A stretch of DNA of 64,000 nucleotides from an uncultured Chloroflexia bacterium (GCA_963732945.1 CAVTBL010000017.1:187298-251297); one strand, 5' to 3'. Positions 17,189 through 28,292 are shown, numbered from the stretch's first letter. The notes: generated by a model from the letters alone, not told the origin. Numbers and translations: made by a program.

Positions 17189-17933
17189 TCGCCGCGAAGC
17201 TCGCCGCCTCGCCCAGCGCACCCATGATCAGCCCGGCGATTTGCTGGTCGTCCTGCGGCCCAATGCCCCACAACGGGTTGACCTGCTGGTAGTAGCTGTA
17301 GATCACCGTGTTGCTGGCGAAGAACAGCATCGCCAGCAGACCCATCGGCATGCCGGTCGCGAACAAGTAGAGCAGGCGTCCGCCGTCGCCCAGCTTGCCG
17401 AGGTCCGGCAGCGGCTGGATCACCGGCCACCAGAACAGCAGACCGGTACCCATGAACAGCACATGCATCGTGATATGCACCGGTAGGGTTGTCAGGGCCT
17501 CGCCGTAGACCGGCGGCACGTGCCAGAACCACATGTTCACGATGAACAGGGTGGCTGTGAACACCGGATGCGTCGCGTACTGAGCTACACGGCGCACCGG
17601 CTGCGCCTTGAACAGTGGCCGCAGCAGCTCCGGTGTCAGGCCCAGCAGCACCAGCGGCGGACCCACGGTCGCCAGCAGTACATGCTGCAGCATATGCATC
17701 GAGAGCAATCGGTTGGCCGCGGTGTCCAGCGGCGAAGTCAGCGCCAGAAACATGATGCCGGCGCCGGCCACAAAAGAGGCAGCACGCCAGGGAGAGAAGG
17801 CTCCGGGTATGTGCGTCACGCCGTAGAAGTAGAAGCTGACGATGATAAACGCCAGCGCGATGACGGAGGGCTCGAACGTCCAGGCGCTGAGATTGACCGG
17901 ACCGTAGCCGACGTGCAGCAGCACAGAAGTCAT
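17112..17933 (-). CDS. ctaG: Cytochrome c oxidase assembly factor CtaG (caa3-CtaG family membrane protein)
   Basis: Polytopic protein with the LSMHMLQHVLL / WWPV type motifs typical of the Caa3_CtaG family. Located in the oxidase neighbourhood. Confidence 0.75.
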   Translation of the reverse strand: MTSVLLHVGYGPVNLSAWTFEPSVIALAFIIVSFYFYGVTHIPGAFSPWRAASFVAGAGIMFLALTSPLDTAANRLLSMHMLQHVLLATVGPPLVLLGLTPELLRPLFKAQPVRRVAQYATHPVFTATLFIVNMWFWHVPPVYGEALTTLPVHITMHVLFMGTGLLFWWPVIQPLPDLGKLGDGGRLLYLFATGMPMGLLAMLFFASNTVIYSYYQQVNPLWGIGPQDDQQIAGLIMGALGEAASFAAITLLFFRFLDSEEASATQAGPVDAA

Positions 17934-17934
17934 G

Positions 17935-18372
17935 CTAGCGGCCTGGGCGCCAGCCGCCGGCGGTGTCGAGCGCCTGGCGGATCGTCTCGATGTGACGGCG
18001 ACTGATTATGTTAATCGCGACGCCAGCAATACCGATCAGCGGCACGACGATGCCGATCACCATGAGCAGGGCGCCGGTGCTCTGCGACTGGTGCTGGTCG
18101 ATCATTAGCCAGCCGCCAACCGCTGCACCAAGGCCGAAGTGGAACATCAGCAGGAAGATCAGCATTGGCAGCTCGAGCTGGCTCTGACGGTCCACCGGCG
18201 ACCGCAGCTCCGGTACCTCGGAGCCCCTGGCCTTCGTCTGCCCCTTGGTCAGGCGATCGCGGAAGCAGGTCTTGTGGATCCAGCTCTTCTCGTAGTAACC
18301 CGCGTCACCCCAGTCGACGATCGGTTGCTTGCAGGTGCCGCACTTGCCCGGCCATTCAACCATCATGAGCAA
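17935..18372 (-). CDS. Hypothetical membrane protein with N-terminal Cys-rich (zinc-ribbon-like) segment
   Basis: CGTCKQPIVDW...HKTCF followed by two TM helices. Its stop lies 1 nt from the ctaG start. Confidence 0.55.
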   Translation of the reverse strand: MLMMVEWPGKCGTCKQPIVDWGDAGYYEKSWIHKTCFRDRLTKGQTKARGSEVPELRSPVDRQSQLELPMLIFLLMFHFGLGAAVGGWLMIDQHQSQSTGALLMVIGIVVPLIGIAGVAINIISRRHIETIRQALDTAGGWRPGR

Positions 18373-18484
18373 TCACCCCGTGCATCCATTATGGCGACTG
18401 GATTTGCTTGATGCCACGCCTCCGGCAAAGTGAACGCCTGAGCCCGAACCGATTCGGGCCCCGGCGTCCCAAGAGCCATACCGT

Positions 18485-19195
18485 CTACTTCGCGTTGGTC
18501 TGCGGCGGCAGGTAGACGTTCGTCTCGTAGGCGTGGATGTCGGCCGTAACGTGCATCGAGGCATGCGCCACGATCGAGCCCAGCGGGTTCGCGGTCACGA
18601 TCGCCGGCACCGAAATAATCGTGTTGCCGATCTCGGGTGAGCCGACGCCGTTCTCGCGGAACTGCTTGTAGCCCATGTGATAGCTGGCCGTAATCAGTAG
18701 CACGAGCACCAGCGTCACCGCGCCGAAGCCCACGCGCCGCCTGATGCCCTCGATGCGCCCTTCGAACAGCGCATGCGCAACCGCGACCGGGAATGCGGTC
18801 AGCAATAGCGCGTCGACCACGCCGTACAGGACGCCGCGCCACGCGATCGAGAAGGCGAAGTAGAGCCCGGTCGGGCGCGGCGTCGCATCTTCGGCGCTGA
18901 GGATGCGCGCCACCAGAAACACGGCGGCTGCAACGCCAATCGCGAGGCTCCAGCGCCACTGGCGCGTTAACAACCCTACGACGTCCGTCTTCGTCGCCTC
19001 GGCGTAAATGCCAAGAAATGCCGCACTGGCAGCGAAGTATACGAGGTAATAGACGTCGTGGTTCAGAGCGAGAACGCTGCTGAAGATGAACGGTACGAGA
19101 AACGCGCCCGCGGCCCCGGCAACGTACCACCCGGCCTGCGAAAGCGCCTCAGGGTGGATCGATGGCCCGGCCCTGTGGAACGTTGTTATGCGCAT
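18485..19195 (-). CDS. Hypothetical polytopic membrane protein
   Basis: 236 aa with about 6 predicted TM segments. No motif I can assign. Confidence 0.6.
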   Translation of the reverse strand: MRITTFHRAGPSIHPEALSQAGWYVAGAAGAFLVPFIFSSVLALNHDVYYLVYFAASAAFLGIYAEATKTDVVGLLTRQWRWSLAIGVAAAVFLVARILSAEDATPRPTGLYFAFSIAWRGVLYGVVDALLLTAFPVAVAHALFEGRIEGIRRRVGFGAVTLVLVLLITASYHMGYKQFRENGVGSPEIGNTIISVPAIVTANPLGSIVAHASMHVTADIHAYETNVYLPPQTNAK

Positions 19196-19372
19196 AGCTG
19201 CCCGCCCTTCAGTCGTTCGAGCCGTCGCGATACGTGTGGTTAACCGCTTCGATCGTCTCCGTACTCAGAGGACTACGTCAGGGCCAAACGATAGTGATGT
19301 GCCAGGACACCTGGCCCGAAAGACACGTCTGTGACGCGAGGGACTTCGGTCACGAAACCGCAGTAAAAGCAG

Positions 19373-19407
19373 AGGACCGTCCCTGGGGACGGTCCTTCCA
19401 GTTACGC
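19373..19407 (-). terminator. Intrinsic terminator after the cupredoxin gene
   Basis: Stem aggaccgtcc / ggacggtcct with loop ctgg, followed on the minus strand by ctgcttttac. Confidence 0.6.
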
Positions 19408-19420
19408 GGATGCTGGTGGG

Positions 19421-19879
19421 CTACTTGACCGTGAACGAACCGAACATCTGATCCGGATGGACGTCGCAGCGGAAGAAGTAGGTTCCGGGTGTGGATGGCG
19501 CCGTGAAGTTGTAGGTAGCAGTAGCAGGACCCGTCACGAGCTCGCCCGAGAAGATCTTCTGGCTGGCGCTCTTGTCGGTGTAGACCGCGAAGTTGTGGAT
19601 CACGCCGGCGTCTTCGTTGTTGAACTGAACCGTCACCGGCTGTCCGGCCGTCGCGGTCAGCGCTTTCTGGTCAAAGGCGATGTTCTTCGCCGCGATCTGA
19701 ATCACGGTTGCACCGGGAGCGCTCGGTGTCGGAGCTACCGTCGTGGGCGCTGCGGGCGCCGGCGTCGGGTAAATCTCCTTCGTTGAGTCGATACCGTGGT
19801 GGGCACCGACGATCACGCCCGCGAAGACAAGGGCCAGCGGCACGAGCGAGACGACAAGGATCTGCCAGCTCTTGAACAC
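19421..19879 (-). CDS. Membrane-anchored type-1 (blue) copper protein, auracyanin/plastocyanin-like cupredoxin
   Basis: N-terminal TM anchor, Pro/Ala/Thr linker, and copper ligands in IHNFAV ... CDVHPDQM (His, Cys, His, Met). Confidence 0.8.
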   Translation of the reverse strand: MFKSWQILVVSLVPLALVFAGVIVGAHHGIDSTKEIYPTPAPAAPTTVAPTPSAPGATVIQIAAKNIAFDQKALTATAGQPVTVQFNNEDAGVIHNFAVYTDKSASQKIFSGELVTGPATATYNFTAPSTPGTYFFRCDVHPDQMFGSFTVK

Positions 19880-19924
19880 AGGCTCCCTACGCTTCCTTTC
19901 CTGTCATCCCGTCCGACGCAGCAA

Positions 19925-21593
<1,669 letters not shown>

Positions 21594-21628
21594 GTTAAGT
21601 CACCCCCGCGTCGGGTTCGATTTGTCGA

Positions 21629-22234
21629 CTAGTACGACAGGTAGAGAATCGAGAATACAAAAACCCAGATCACGTCTACAAAGTGCCAGTAAGTCACGGC
21701 TGCATCCGCGAACAGGTGCCGCGACGGCGTGAAGTCGTTCCACAGCCCGCGTCCAAACACGACCCAGAGCATGCAGAGCCCGACGATAACGTGGGCGCCG
21801 TGGAAGCCGGTAATCAGGAAGAACGTGCTGCCGTAAACGCCGCTCTTCGCGTTAAGGCCATCATCGAACAGATGGAACCACTCGTAGATCTGGCCACCGA
21901 TGAAGATCGTGCCCAGGACGATGGCGAGGAAGATGCCGACCTTGAAGGCGGTCTGATTGCCGCGCTTCAGGCCGAGGATGCCGAAGTGAGCCATGACGCT
22001 GCTACTGATCAGTATGACGGTCAGGATGGCGCCAAGCTCACGGCCGACGCGCGTTTCGGCATCGGATGGCGGCCACGAACCTGCCTGGGTACGAACGTAG
22101 AAGTACGCCGCGAACAGCCCGCCGAACAGCATGATCTCAGAGGCGATGAACAGGACCATGCCTGCCATACCGCGACTCATGCCCTGTTCGTGGGCCTGAG
22201 CTGGAGCGTGAGCTGTCGCTGCGTGCGTCGTCAT
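21629..22234 (-). CDS. ctaE: Cytochrome c oxidase subunit III
   Basis: FIASEIMLFGGLFAAYF ... FFLITGFHGAHVIVG ... YWHFVDVIWVFVF. Confidence 0.85.
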   Translation of the reverse strand: MTTHAATAHAPAQAHEQGMSRGMAGMVLFIASEIMLFGGLFAAYFYVRTQAGSWPPSDAETRVGRELGAILTVILISSSVMAHFGILGLKRGNQTAFKVGIFLAIVLGTIFIGGQIYEWFHLFDDGLNAKSGVYGSTFFLITGFHGAHVIVGLCMLWVVFGRGLWNDFTPSRHLFADAAVTYWHFVDVIWVFVFSILYLSY

Positions 22235-22236
22235 GA

Positions 22237-23115
22237 TTACTTGCTACCCGTACCCGTCGTCTGTGGTGCGGCGGCCTTTTGCTGGGCTACCCAGGCATCG
22301 TAGTCAGCCTGCGAGCGAACGTCTAACACGAAACGCATGTCGGAGTGATGCAGGCCGCAGAACTGGTAGCACTGGCCCGTATAGGTTCCGATCTCGTTGT
22401 CTTTGATCTTGAAGTGCATCTCGTTCACGTTGCCGGGAATTGCCTGAATCTTGTAGAGCAGATGCGGCACAGAGAAGCTATGCACGACGTCCGTCGAGTG
22501 GATGCGCAGTAAGACCGTCTCGCCAACCGGCACCACCAGGCGCGGCGGGTCCAGGTTGGCGTAGTCTGGCGGCGTCGGCTGAACCTTGAAGCCATCCTGG
22601 TTGTAGTCGAACTCCCACCACCACTGGTGACCGTAGACATCGACGACTACCGCCGCGTCGGCCTCGGCCGGCTGCGACTTCAGGTCGAGCACAAGCAGCA
22701 GCGCCGGGATGAAAAGCGCAACCAGGATGAGGATCGGAATAATCGTCCAGGTCATCTCGAGGGCGTTGCTGCCGTGGATCTGCTCGGGAATCGTGTCGTC
22801 GCCGGGCTCGCGCTTGTAGCGGAAGATCGCCCAGATGATGCCTGACGTCACGCCGAAGAACACGACGAGCGATACCGCGAGAACTGCCTCGTAGAGGAGA
22901 TGCGTGTCGTGCGCCTGGGTGCTGATCGGGTGAGGCAGCTGCAGAACCGTGACGCCACCGAGGATTGTGACGGCACCAAGGATGGTTATGAGGGTTATCG
23001 CAATAAGCATACGGAGCGGAGGCTTACGGCGCCCCGAAGGTCCAGACGTGAACTGGCTCATCTCGCTCCCTCCCCCATCGGTTCGCAGCATAGGAGCGAG
23101 GCTAACTTGAGTCAA
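22237..23115 (-). CDS. ctaC: Cytochrome c oxidase subunit II (CuA domain, no fused cytochrome c domain)
   Basis: CuA ligands in HSFSVP ... CYQFCGLHHSDM. Two N-terminal TM helices. No CxxCH motif at the C-terminus. Confidence 0.85.
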   Translation of the reverse strand: MTQVSLAPMLRTDGGGSEMSQFTSGPSGRRKPPLRMLIAITLITILGAVTILGGVTVLQLPHPISTQAHDTHLLYEAVLAVSLVVFFGVTSGIIWAIFRYKREPGDDTIPEQIHGSNALEMTWTIIPILILVALFIPALLLVLDLKSQPAEADAAVVVDVYGHQWWWEFDYNQDGFKVQPTPPDYANLDPPRLVVPVGETVLLRIHSTDVVHSFSVPHLLYKIQAIPGNVNEMHFKIKDNEIGTYTGQCYQFCGLHHSDMRFVLDVRSQADYDAWVAQQKAAAPQTTGTGSK

Positions 23116-23219
23116 GCGTCACAAACGCGCCCGCAGATTCATTTTGGCCTCGATGGGGACTCCCACCAGATCGATCCGAAGCCGTGAATAGCGCCCGGCC
23201 GCGTGCTGCGCCGCCGGGT

Positions 23220-23249
23220 TTGACCGTGATCGAGGCCGCTGCCTATAGT
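23220..23249 (+). promoter_or_regulatory. Candidate sigma70-type promoter for tRNA-Phe
   Basis: TTGACC (23220-23225), 18-nt spacer, TATAGT (23244-23249), 9 nt before the mature tRNA 5' end. Confidence 0.45.
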
Positions 23250-23258
23250 TGAGGTCTC

Positions 23259-23334
23259 GCCAAGGTAGCTCAGTCGGTAGAGCACAGCTCTGAAAAAGCT
23301 GGGGTCGCCGGTTCGAATCCGGCCCTTGGCACCA
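23259..23334 (+). tRNA. tRNA-Phe (anticodon GAA), CCA encoded
   Basis: GCCAAGGTAGCTCAGTCGGTAGAGCACAGCTCTGAAAAAGCTGGGGTCGCCGGTTCGAATCCGGCCCTTGGCACCA folds as a canonical cloverleaf with anticodon loop CTGAAAA. Confidence 0.95.
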
Positions 23335-23378
23335 CTTCTTCCCGGCAGGCCGTCGCGGCCAACGCGTAGTGCAAAAGA

Positions 23379-23413
23379 ATGAGCGCCGTCTTTATATAGA
23401 AGACGGCGCTCAT
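23379..23413. terminator. Bidirectional hairpin terminator between tRNA-Phe and the DUF2231 gene
   Basis: 13-bp stem atgagcgccgtct / agacggcgctcat around an AT-rich loop. Confidence 0.6.
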
Positions 23414-23448
23414 CCACTATCGAAACCTTCATTCCTTAATGGCATCGA

Positions 23449-23952
23449 CTACTTGGCGTGCACGTAGTTGCCCACGTCCTTCCAGACCAGCACGGCGCCC
23501 GAGTGGCCGGCAATAACGATCGTCAGTACCGCGAACAGACCGACGATCGAGCTGACCGCGTAGGCCGCCTTCGGCATCCACGGCTTGAGCTGGAAACGAT
23601 CGCCCCACTGGTCGATGGCCCAGAAGCCGACCGCCGTCATGGCGAACAGGAGCGCGGCGATCTCGGCTACGTTTCCGTTCTGCGGGTGATCGCCGAAGTT
23701 GGCACGCTGCCCGACGGCCCGGGCCGCTTCTCGCACCGTACCCTGGATCGCCTCGCCGGTCTGAGCAGCCAGCATCGCAGCGCCGGCGCCGGCGAGCGCC
23801 ATCAGCACGATCGGCAGCATGTAGACCTTGCGCCATTCTTTGCGCCAGCCAACCGCGATCAGCGCCAACGCAGCGAGGGGAACCAGAACTACCGCTACAT
23901 GCACCACGAGTGGGTGCAGGGGAATGCCGAAAATGGTGTCTATACCGAACAC
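23449..23952 (-). CDS. DUF2231 domain membrane protein
   Basis: N-terminus FGIPLHPLVVHVAVVLVPLAAL is typical of DUF2231. About 4 TM. Confidence 0.75.
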   Translation of the reverse strand: MFGIDTIFGIPLHPLVVHVAVVLVPLAALALIAVGWRKEWRKVYMLPIVLMALAGAGAAMLAAQTGEAIQGTVREAARAVGQRANFGDHPQNGNVAEIAALLFAMTAVGFWAIDQWGDRFQLKPWMPKAAYAVSSIVGLFAVLTIVIAGHSGAVLVWKDVGNYVHAK

Positions 23953-24160
23953 GCGGGGGAGTCCTCCTTCGTGAAATCCTGCACAGAGCTTTACAAATTG
24001 CCGTTGTACGCTTATGGCCTAGCCGTGAAGGAAACGTCAACAGTGTGTTAAAGCAGCGCGTCACACGAGCGCGAAACCCGGCCAACTGCAGTCGCTGGAG
24101 GTGCGTGCTAGAATCGGGAAAAGACCGGTGGCCAGCTACCCGACCGATTGGAGGCCACAG

Positions 24161-25027
24161 ATGACAGCCCTCCGCATAGTCCAAACGCCCGAGCTTAACG
24201 AGCCCGTAATGGTGGCTGCCTTCGCTGGTTGGTCGGACGCAGGCGGTGCTGCCACCGCGGCCGCACAGTACCTAATCGACCGCTGGCGCGCCACGCGCAT
24301 GGCCGACTTCGAGGCCGAAGACTTCTACGACTTCACCCAGCTGCGTCCTACCGTGCGCTGGGAGGCCGAGGAACGACACATCGATTGGCCCGAAAACGCC
24401 TTCTACTACCATCAGACCGACGCACGCGACCTGATCATCTTTAACGGCATCGAGCCGCACCTGCACTGGAAGGCCTACACGAAGGCGATGCTCGAGTTCA
24501 TCGAGCGCTTCAAGGTGAAGCTCGTGATCAGTCTCGGCGCCATGTTCGTCGATTACCCTCACACGCGACCCCTGCGCGTCACCGGCTCAGCGCCGGACCC
24601 CGACATGGAGACGCGCGGCGGCCTCACGGTTCGCGGCGGCCGCTATCAGGGCCCGACCGGCATCAACGGCGTGCTCAACGTCAGCCTGCGCGAGGGCGAG
24701 GTACCGGCCGCGACAATCTGGGCCAACGTGCCGCACTACGTCTCCGCCACGCCCAACCCGCCGGCCTCGCTGGCGCTGCTGCGCTCCCTGACCGGCATGC
24801 TCGAGATGCAGGTGCCTCTGGGTCGCATGGTGCGCGCCTCGGCGGCCTTCGACGCTCAGCTCAACGAGGCCACGGCCAAGAACACCGAAGTCATGGACTA
24901 CGTCCGCTCCCTCGAGGAGCGCATCGACGCCGAGGGCGGCGATGACGACGAGCCCACCGAGCTGCCGGCCACCGAGAGCATCGTCCAGGACATCGAAGAC
25001 TTCCTGCGCCGCACCAAAGACGAGTAA
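24161..25027 (+). CDS. PAC2 (proteasome assembly chaperone 2-like) family protein
   Basis: Start at the ATG preceded by GGAGG. NEPVMVAAFAGWSDAGGAATAAAQYL and GINGVL motifs, with an acidic C-terminus. Confidence 0.75.
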   Translation: MTALRIVQTPELNEPVMVAAFAGWSDAGGAATAAAQYLIDRWRATRMADFEAEDFYDFTQLRPTVRWEAEERHIDWPENAFYYHQTDARDLIIFNGIEPHLHWKAYTKAMLEFIERFKVKLVISLGAMFVDYPHTRPLRVTGSAPDPDMETRGGLTVRGGRYQGPTGINGVLNVSLREGEVPAATIWANVPHYVSATPNPPASLALLRSLTGMLEMQVPLGRMVRASAAFDAQLNEATAKNTEVMDYVRSLEERIDAEGGDDDEPTELPATESIVQDIEDFLRRTKDE

Positions 25028-25067
25028 GGCTTCCCAGCAACAAACGCAACAAGCAACAAGGGATTCA

Positions 25068-25605
25068 TCAGCTCCCTGCCGTCAACACCTCGTAGATAAG
25101 GCGCGCGGTTTCGGTCGCACTCAGTTTCGTCGCGTCAATCACAATGTTGGCCGGCATATCATGCGGCGCATCGTAGCGGTGCTCTCGCAGCGCCTCGCCC
25201 AGGAAGCCAGCGTCTGTGCTCTTGAGAAACATCGCGCGGTCGGGTCGAACGATGCGACGCTGATTCTCCTCGATCGGAGCAGCGCAGCTCGAACGGATGC
25301 AGCGAGCCGCCGACGCTCTCGACTCGCTCTCGCAGGCGGTCGAAGAAGCCGGGTAGCAAGCTTGGTTCGAAGACCAGGGTGAAGATAACCCCCGGCACGT
25401 CCTCCTCGGCCGCACGGCCCAGCACATCGAGCCAGATATGCTCGCGCAGCTCCCGAAAAGGCGTTGTTCCGAACTCGAATAGCGCATGCACGAGATCGAC
25501 GGCCAGATGGTTGTGGAACAGCGCGTAACCGGTGAGCGCCGCGAGCTCGCGACCGACAGTCAGCTTGCCGACGCCGGGCGGCCCGTGCAGGACGACAAGC
25601 CTCAT
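25068..25605 (-). pseudogene. P-loop kinase/NTPase (AAA_33-like); frame interrupted by one extra nucleotide near 25276-25292
   Basis: Walker A GPPGVGKLT at the N-terminus in one frame, and the conserved C-terminal part (AAPIEENQRRIVRPDRAMF...VIDATKLSATETARLIYEVL) in the +1 frame. Span is 3n+1 nt. Confidence 0.65.
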
Positions 25606-26255
25606 CTAGCGGCCATGTCCCAGAATGCGAGCTCGTGGCGGCTACTGGCGAGGAACGCCGCCTCGAGGCGCTGCAGCGACGACTCCGGTAGACCCGCGGC
25701 CAGCCGGTCGAGGATGTCGCGGCACCACGACGTCATCTCCGTGAACTCGGGCGAGGCGTACATCTCGATCCAGGCCCGGCACTGCGGCTGCTGCGGAAGG
25801 CCGTTAGCCGCCAGCGCGACGCCAATCTCGTTGAAGCCCCACATGCAGGGCAGCAGCGCCGCGACCAGCTCAGCGTAATCACCCAGGGTCGCGGTGCGCA
25901 GCAGGAAGTTTGTATATGAGGCCGTCGCAGGCGCTTTCGCCTCCGCGCGCAGCTCGGCTTCGCTGATGCCGAACTCGGCGGCGTAGGCGCGGTGCAGTGC
26001 CATCTCGGTCGAAAGCGTCTCGTGGCAGAGGCGCGCGAACACTGTCATCGTCTCGAGATCGGGCGCCCGCGCCGCCGCCAGCGCGAACAACCGGGAGTAG
26101 TCGACGAGGAAGAGGTAGTCCTGCCGCACCCAGAACGCGAAACGCTGCAGGTCGACGCTGCCGTCGCCGATCGACCGTACGAACTCGTGCTCGAGCATGG
26201 CACGCCACACTGGGCCGGCGGCGATACGCAGGCGTTCGGTGACAACGGTGCTCAC
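25602..26255 (-). CDS. tenA: TenA/thiaminase II family protein (aminopyrimidine aminohydrolase)
   Basis: HEFVRSIGDGSVDLQRFAFWVRQDYLFL, CMWGF and other TenA hallmarks. Confidence 0.8.
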   Translation of the reverse strand: MSTVVTERLRIAAGPVWRAMLEHEFVRSIGDGSVDLQRFAFWVRQDYLFLVDYSRLFALAAARAPDLETMTVFARLCHETLSTEMALHRAYAAEFGISEAELRAEAKAPATASYTNFLLRTATLGDYAELVAALLPCMWGFNEIGVALAANGLPQQPQCRAWIEMYASPEFTEMTSWCRDILDRLAAGLPESSLQRLEAAFLASSRHELAFWDMAAR

Positions 26256-26261
26256 TTGCCG

Positions 26262-26685
26262 TCACCCATGGGGCTGCAGGTCGAAGCCCTGTGTCCGGAA
26301 ATGGGCATCAAAACCGAAGACGAAATTGACGTTGTGCTCGCGGCCGAGAATGAAGCTCGAGCAGTCGCAGAAAGAGTAGCTCTGGTCACCGAACTGCTCG
26401 AATAGATCCCATGCAGCTTCGTGAATCTGAGGCGTCACCCATGCCACACTGAGCAACTTGGTGGATTCAGCGGCTTCCACCATTTGGCGAAGATGCAGCG
26501 CACCATTGAGCTCGCCATGATATTTCAGCCACGTTACTGTCTCAGCCAGAACGTAGTTCGAAGTGAGCAAGCGCGAACGCAGGGCCGTAGTGCCTGAGAA
26601 ACTCGCGAGCTGCGGAGTGATACCTGTCGCCCGGCGAGATGATGGCAATCCAGGCGCCGCTATCGACGAACCCAATGTCAGGCAC
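26262..26685 (-). pseudogene. vapC: PIN-domain VapC toxin; frame interrupted by one extra nucleotide near 26575-26595
   Basis: GTG start directly after the antitoxin TAA gives MPDIGFVDSGAWIAIISPGDRYHSAAREFLRHYG. The remainder (RLLTSNYVLAETVTWL...FCDCSSFILGREHNVNFVFGFDAHF) is in the +1 frame. Deleting one C of a CCC run restores a single ORF. Span is 3n+1. Confidence 0.7.
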
Positions 26686-26940
26686 TTATGCGGGACGGCC
26701 GTAGAGTGCAGCATCGTGATTGACAGATCCGTCTTCGGGCAGCGCTGGGCTCGTGCCAATCCCTACTAGAGCCCACAAAGGGTGGTCCTCGACATGCTCC
26801 ATCCGCACCGGCTCTTGAGCAGCGATGTAAACGGCAACGGCTTCACGGATCAAAAGCGATACCGGCACATTGCGCCGTGCGGCCAGCCGTTCCAGCTCCG
26901 CCTCTTGCTCCTGCGCGATGTAAATCTGCTTTCGCTTCAT
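26686..26940 (-). CDS. Ribbon-helix-helix (CopG-like) antitoxin
   Basis: Internal ATG gives MKRKQIYIAQEQEAELERLAARRNVPVSLLIREAV..., an RHH fold signature. Its stop abuts the vapC start. Confidence 0.7.
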   Translation of the reverse strand: MKRKQIYIAQEQEAELERLAARRNVPVSLLIREAVAVYIAAQEPVRMEHVEDHPLWALVGIGTSPALPEDGSVNHDAALYGRPA

Positions 26941-26975
26941 GGTGTATACACCATACACCACGTGAGCGCTCGGCG

Positions 26976-27524
26976 CTACGCCGAGGTCGCGTCCAGGTTT
27001 GCGAGCAGGTCCGCGAGGTCGTCGGCGTGCTCTTCTTCCTTCGCAAGCAGGTCTTCCATCATGCGCCGGGAGGTGGAGTCGGCATCGCCGAACCAGCGAA
27101 TGATGTCGGCGTACCACATGATCACCACGCGCTCGGCCACCAGGTCTTCCGTGATCATCTCGACCAGGGTGCCGATCGTGCCGTAGGTCGAGACAGCCCG
27201 CGTCAGCATGCCCTGCGGGTTCAGGTCCGGGTCGCCGCCGAGCTGGGTGATGCGCATCGACACCATATCGGCGTGGAGCTGCTCATCGGTGGCGTGCTGC
27301 AGGAACTCCTGCGCGACGGGATCAGCGTGAATACCCTTCGCCATGTAGTAATGATGCTTGTAGCGCAGCACACAGACGAGCTCGGAGGCGAGCACCTGGT
27401 TCAGCGTCTTCAGCGCCTGGTTGAGGTCACGACCGTAACCAGATGTAACTGCACCCTGGTCGATGTTCTGGTTTGCGCGCCGGCGGATCTCTTCGATGTC
27501 GCTGAGGAATGGTTTGTCGTTCAC
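26976..27524 (-). CDS. Bacterioferritin/ferritin-like di-iron protein
   Basis: Ferritin-like E..H pairs (ASELVCVLRYKHHY, EQLHADMV, EDLVAERV, EEEHADDL). Confidence 0.75.
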   Translation of the reverse strand: MNDKPFLSDIEEIRRRANQNIDQGAVTSGYGRDLNQALKTLNQVLASELVCVLRYKHHYYMAKGIHADPVAQEFLQHATDEQLHADMVSMRITQLGGDPDLNPQGMLTRAVSTYGTIGTLVEMITEDLVAERVVIMWYADIIRWFGDADSTSRRMMEDLLAKEEEHADDLADLLANLDATSA

Positions 27525-27616
27525 GTCGGTCTCCTTCTAAGGCTCACGATAGCATTGTGAAATGCTCTTCGTAGCGGCAGAAGTCGCATCGGCGTGGCTT
27601 GGGTGTCGACTGTATA

Positions 27617-28249
27617 TCAGTCCGCGAGCGCGACTCCGCAGCGCTGGAACACGGCGAGCACGAGCTGACGGATCAGATCTGCGGTCTCGTCCTCGCTACG
27701 GTTAGTGGCGGCGAGCGAGTCGTAGCTCTCGAAGCTCGTCACGGTGTAAACGAGATCGACCAGCTCGTCGAGCATCTTCTCGTTTTCTTGCGTGCGCCCG
27801 CCGGCGATGCGCGTGATTGCGTTGCGGAAATGGCCGCGCCGCCACTCGTCGCGCTCGCGAATGCCCTTCTCGACCTCGGGATCGAGCAGCGCCAGGGCGC
27901 GCAGGCGTCGCATGACCACACGATCAGAGGCCCAGAAGCGCGCGAAGGAATCGACCACGGCCAGGAAGGCGCTCACCGGATCCGGCTGCTGGAAGGCGTT
28001 CGGCAGGTAGTTCATCAGCCCTCGGGACGCCAGATCGTCGTAAATCGCCTCGAGCAGGCCGAGTCGCGAGCCGAACTGGTAATACACCGTCATGCGGGCG
28101 ACGCCGGCCTCGCGCGCCACGGCCTCGATGCTGAAGCGCCCGCTATCGCCTGGCGACGCCAGCAGCCGCCGCGCCGCTTCGATGATCCTGGCGCGCGTTT
28201 CGTCCGTCGCGACCTTGCGTAGACCGAGCTTGTAGGCGCGCGGGCTCAT
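27617..28249 (-). CDS. TetR family transcriptional regulator
   Basis: N-terminal HTH FSIEAVAREAGVARMTVYYQFGSRLGLLEAIY. Confidence 0.85.
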   Translation of the reverse strand: MSPRAYKLGLRKVATDETRARIIEAARRLLASPGDSGRFSIEAVAREAGVARMTVYYQFGSRLGLLEAIYDDLASRGLMNYLPNAFQQPDPVSAFLAVVDSFARFWASDRVVMRRLRALALLDPEVEKGIRERDEWRRGHFRNAITRIAGGRTQENEKMLDELVDLVYTVTSFESYDSLAATNRSEDETADLIRQLVLAVFQRCGVALAD

Positions 28250-28292
28250 TTCGTGTGGATTCTAGCAGCGGCTCTTGACATGATTTATTTAA

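Noticed and set aside
23139-23432. 97-aa ORF on the minus strand
   Set aside because: It lies directly across tRNA-Phe. Likewise, ORFs 35267-35497, 35469-35729 and 35503-35960 cross tRNA-Arg/Leu, and 39037-39334 crosses tRNA-Val. All are artefacts.
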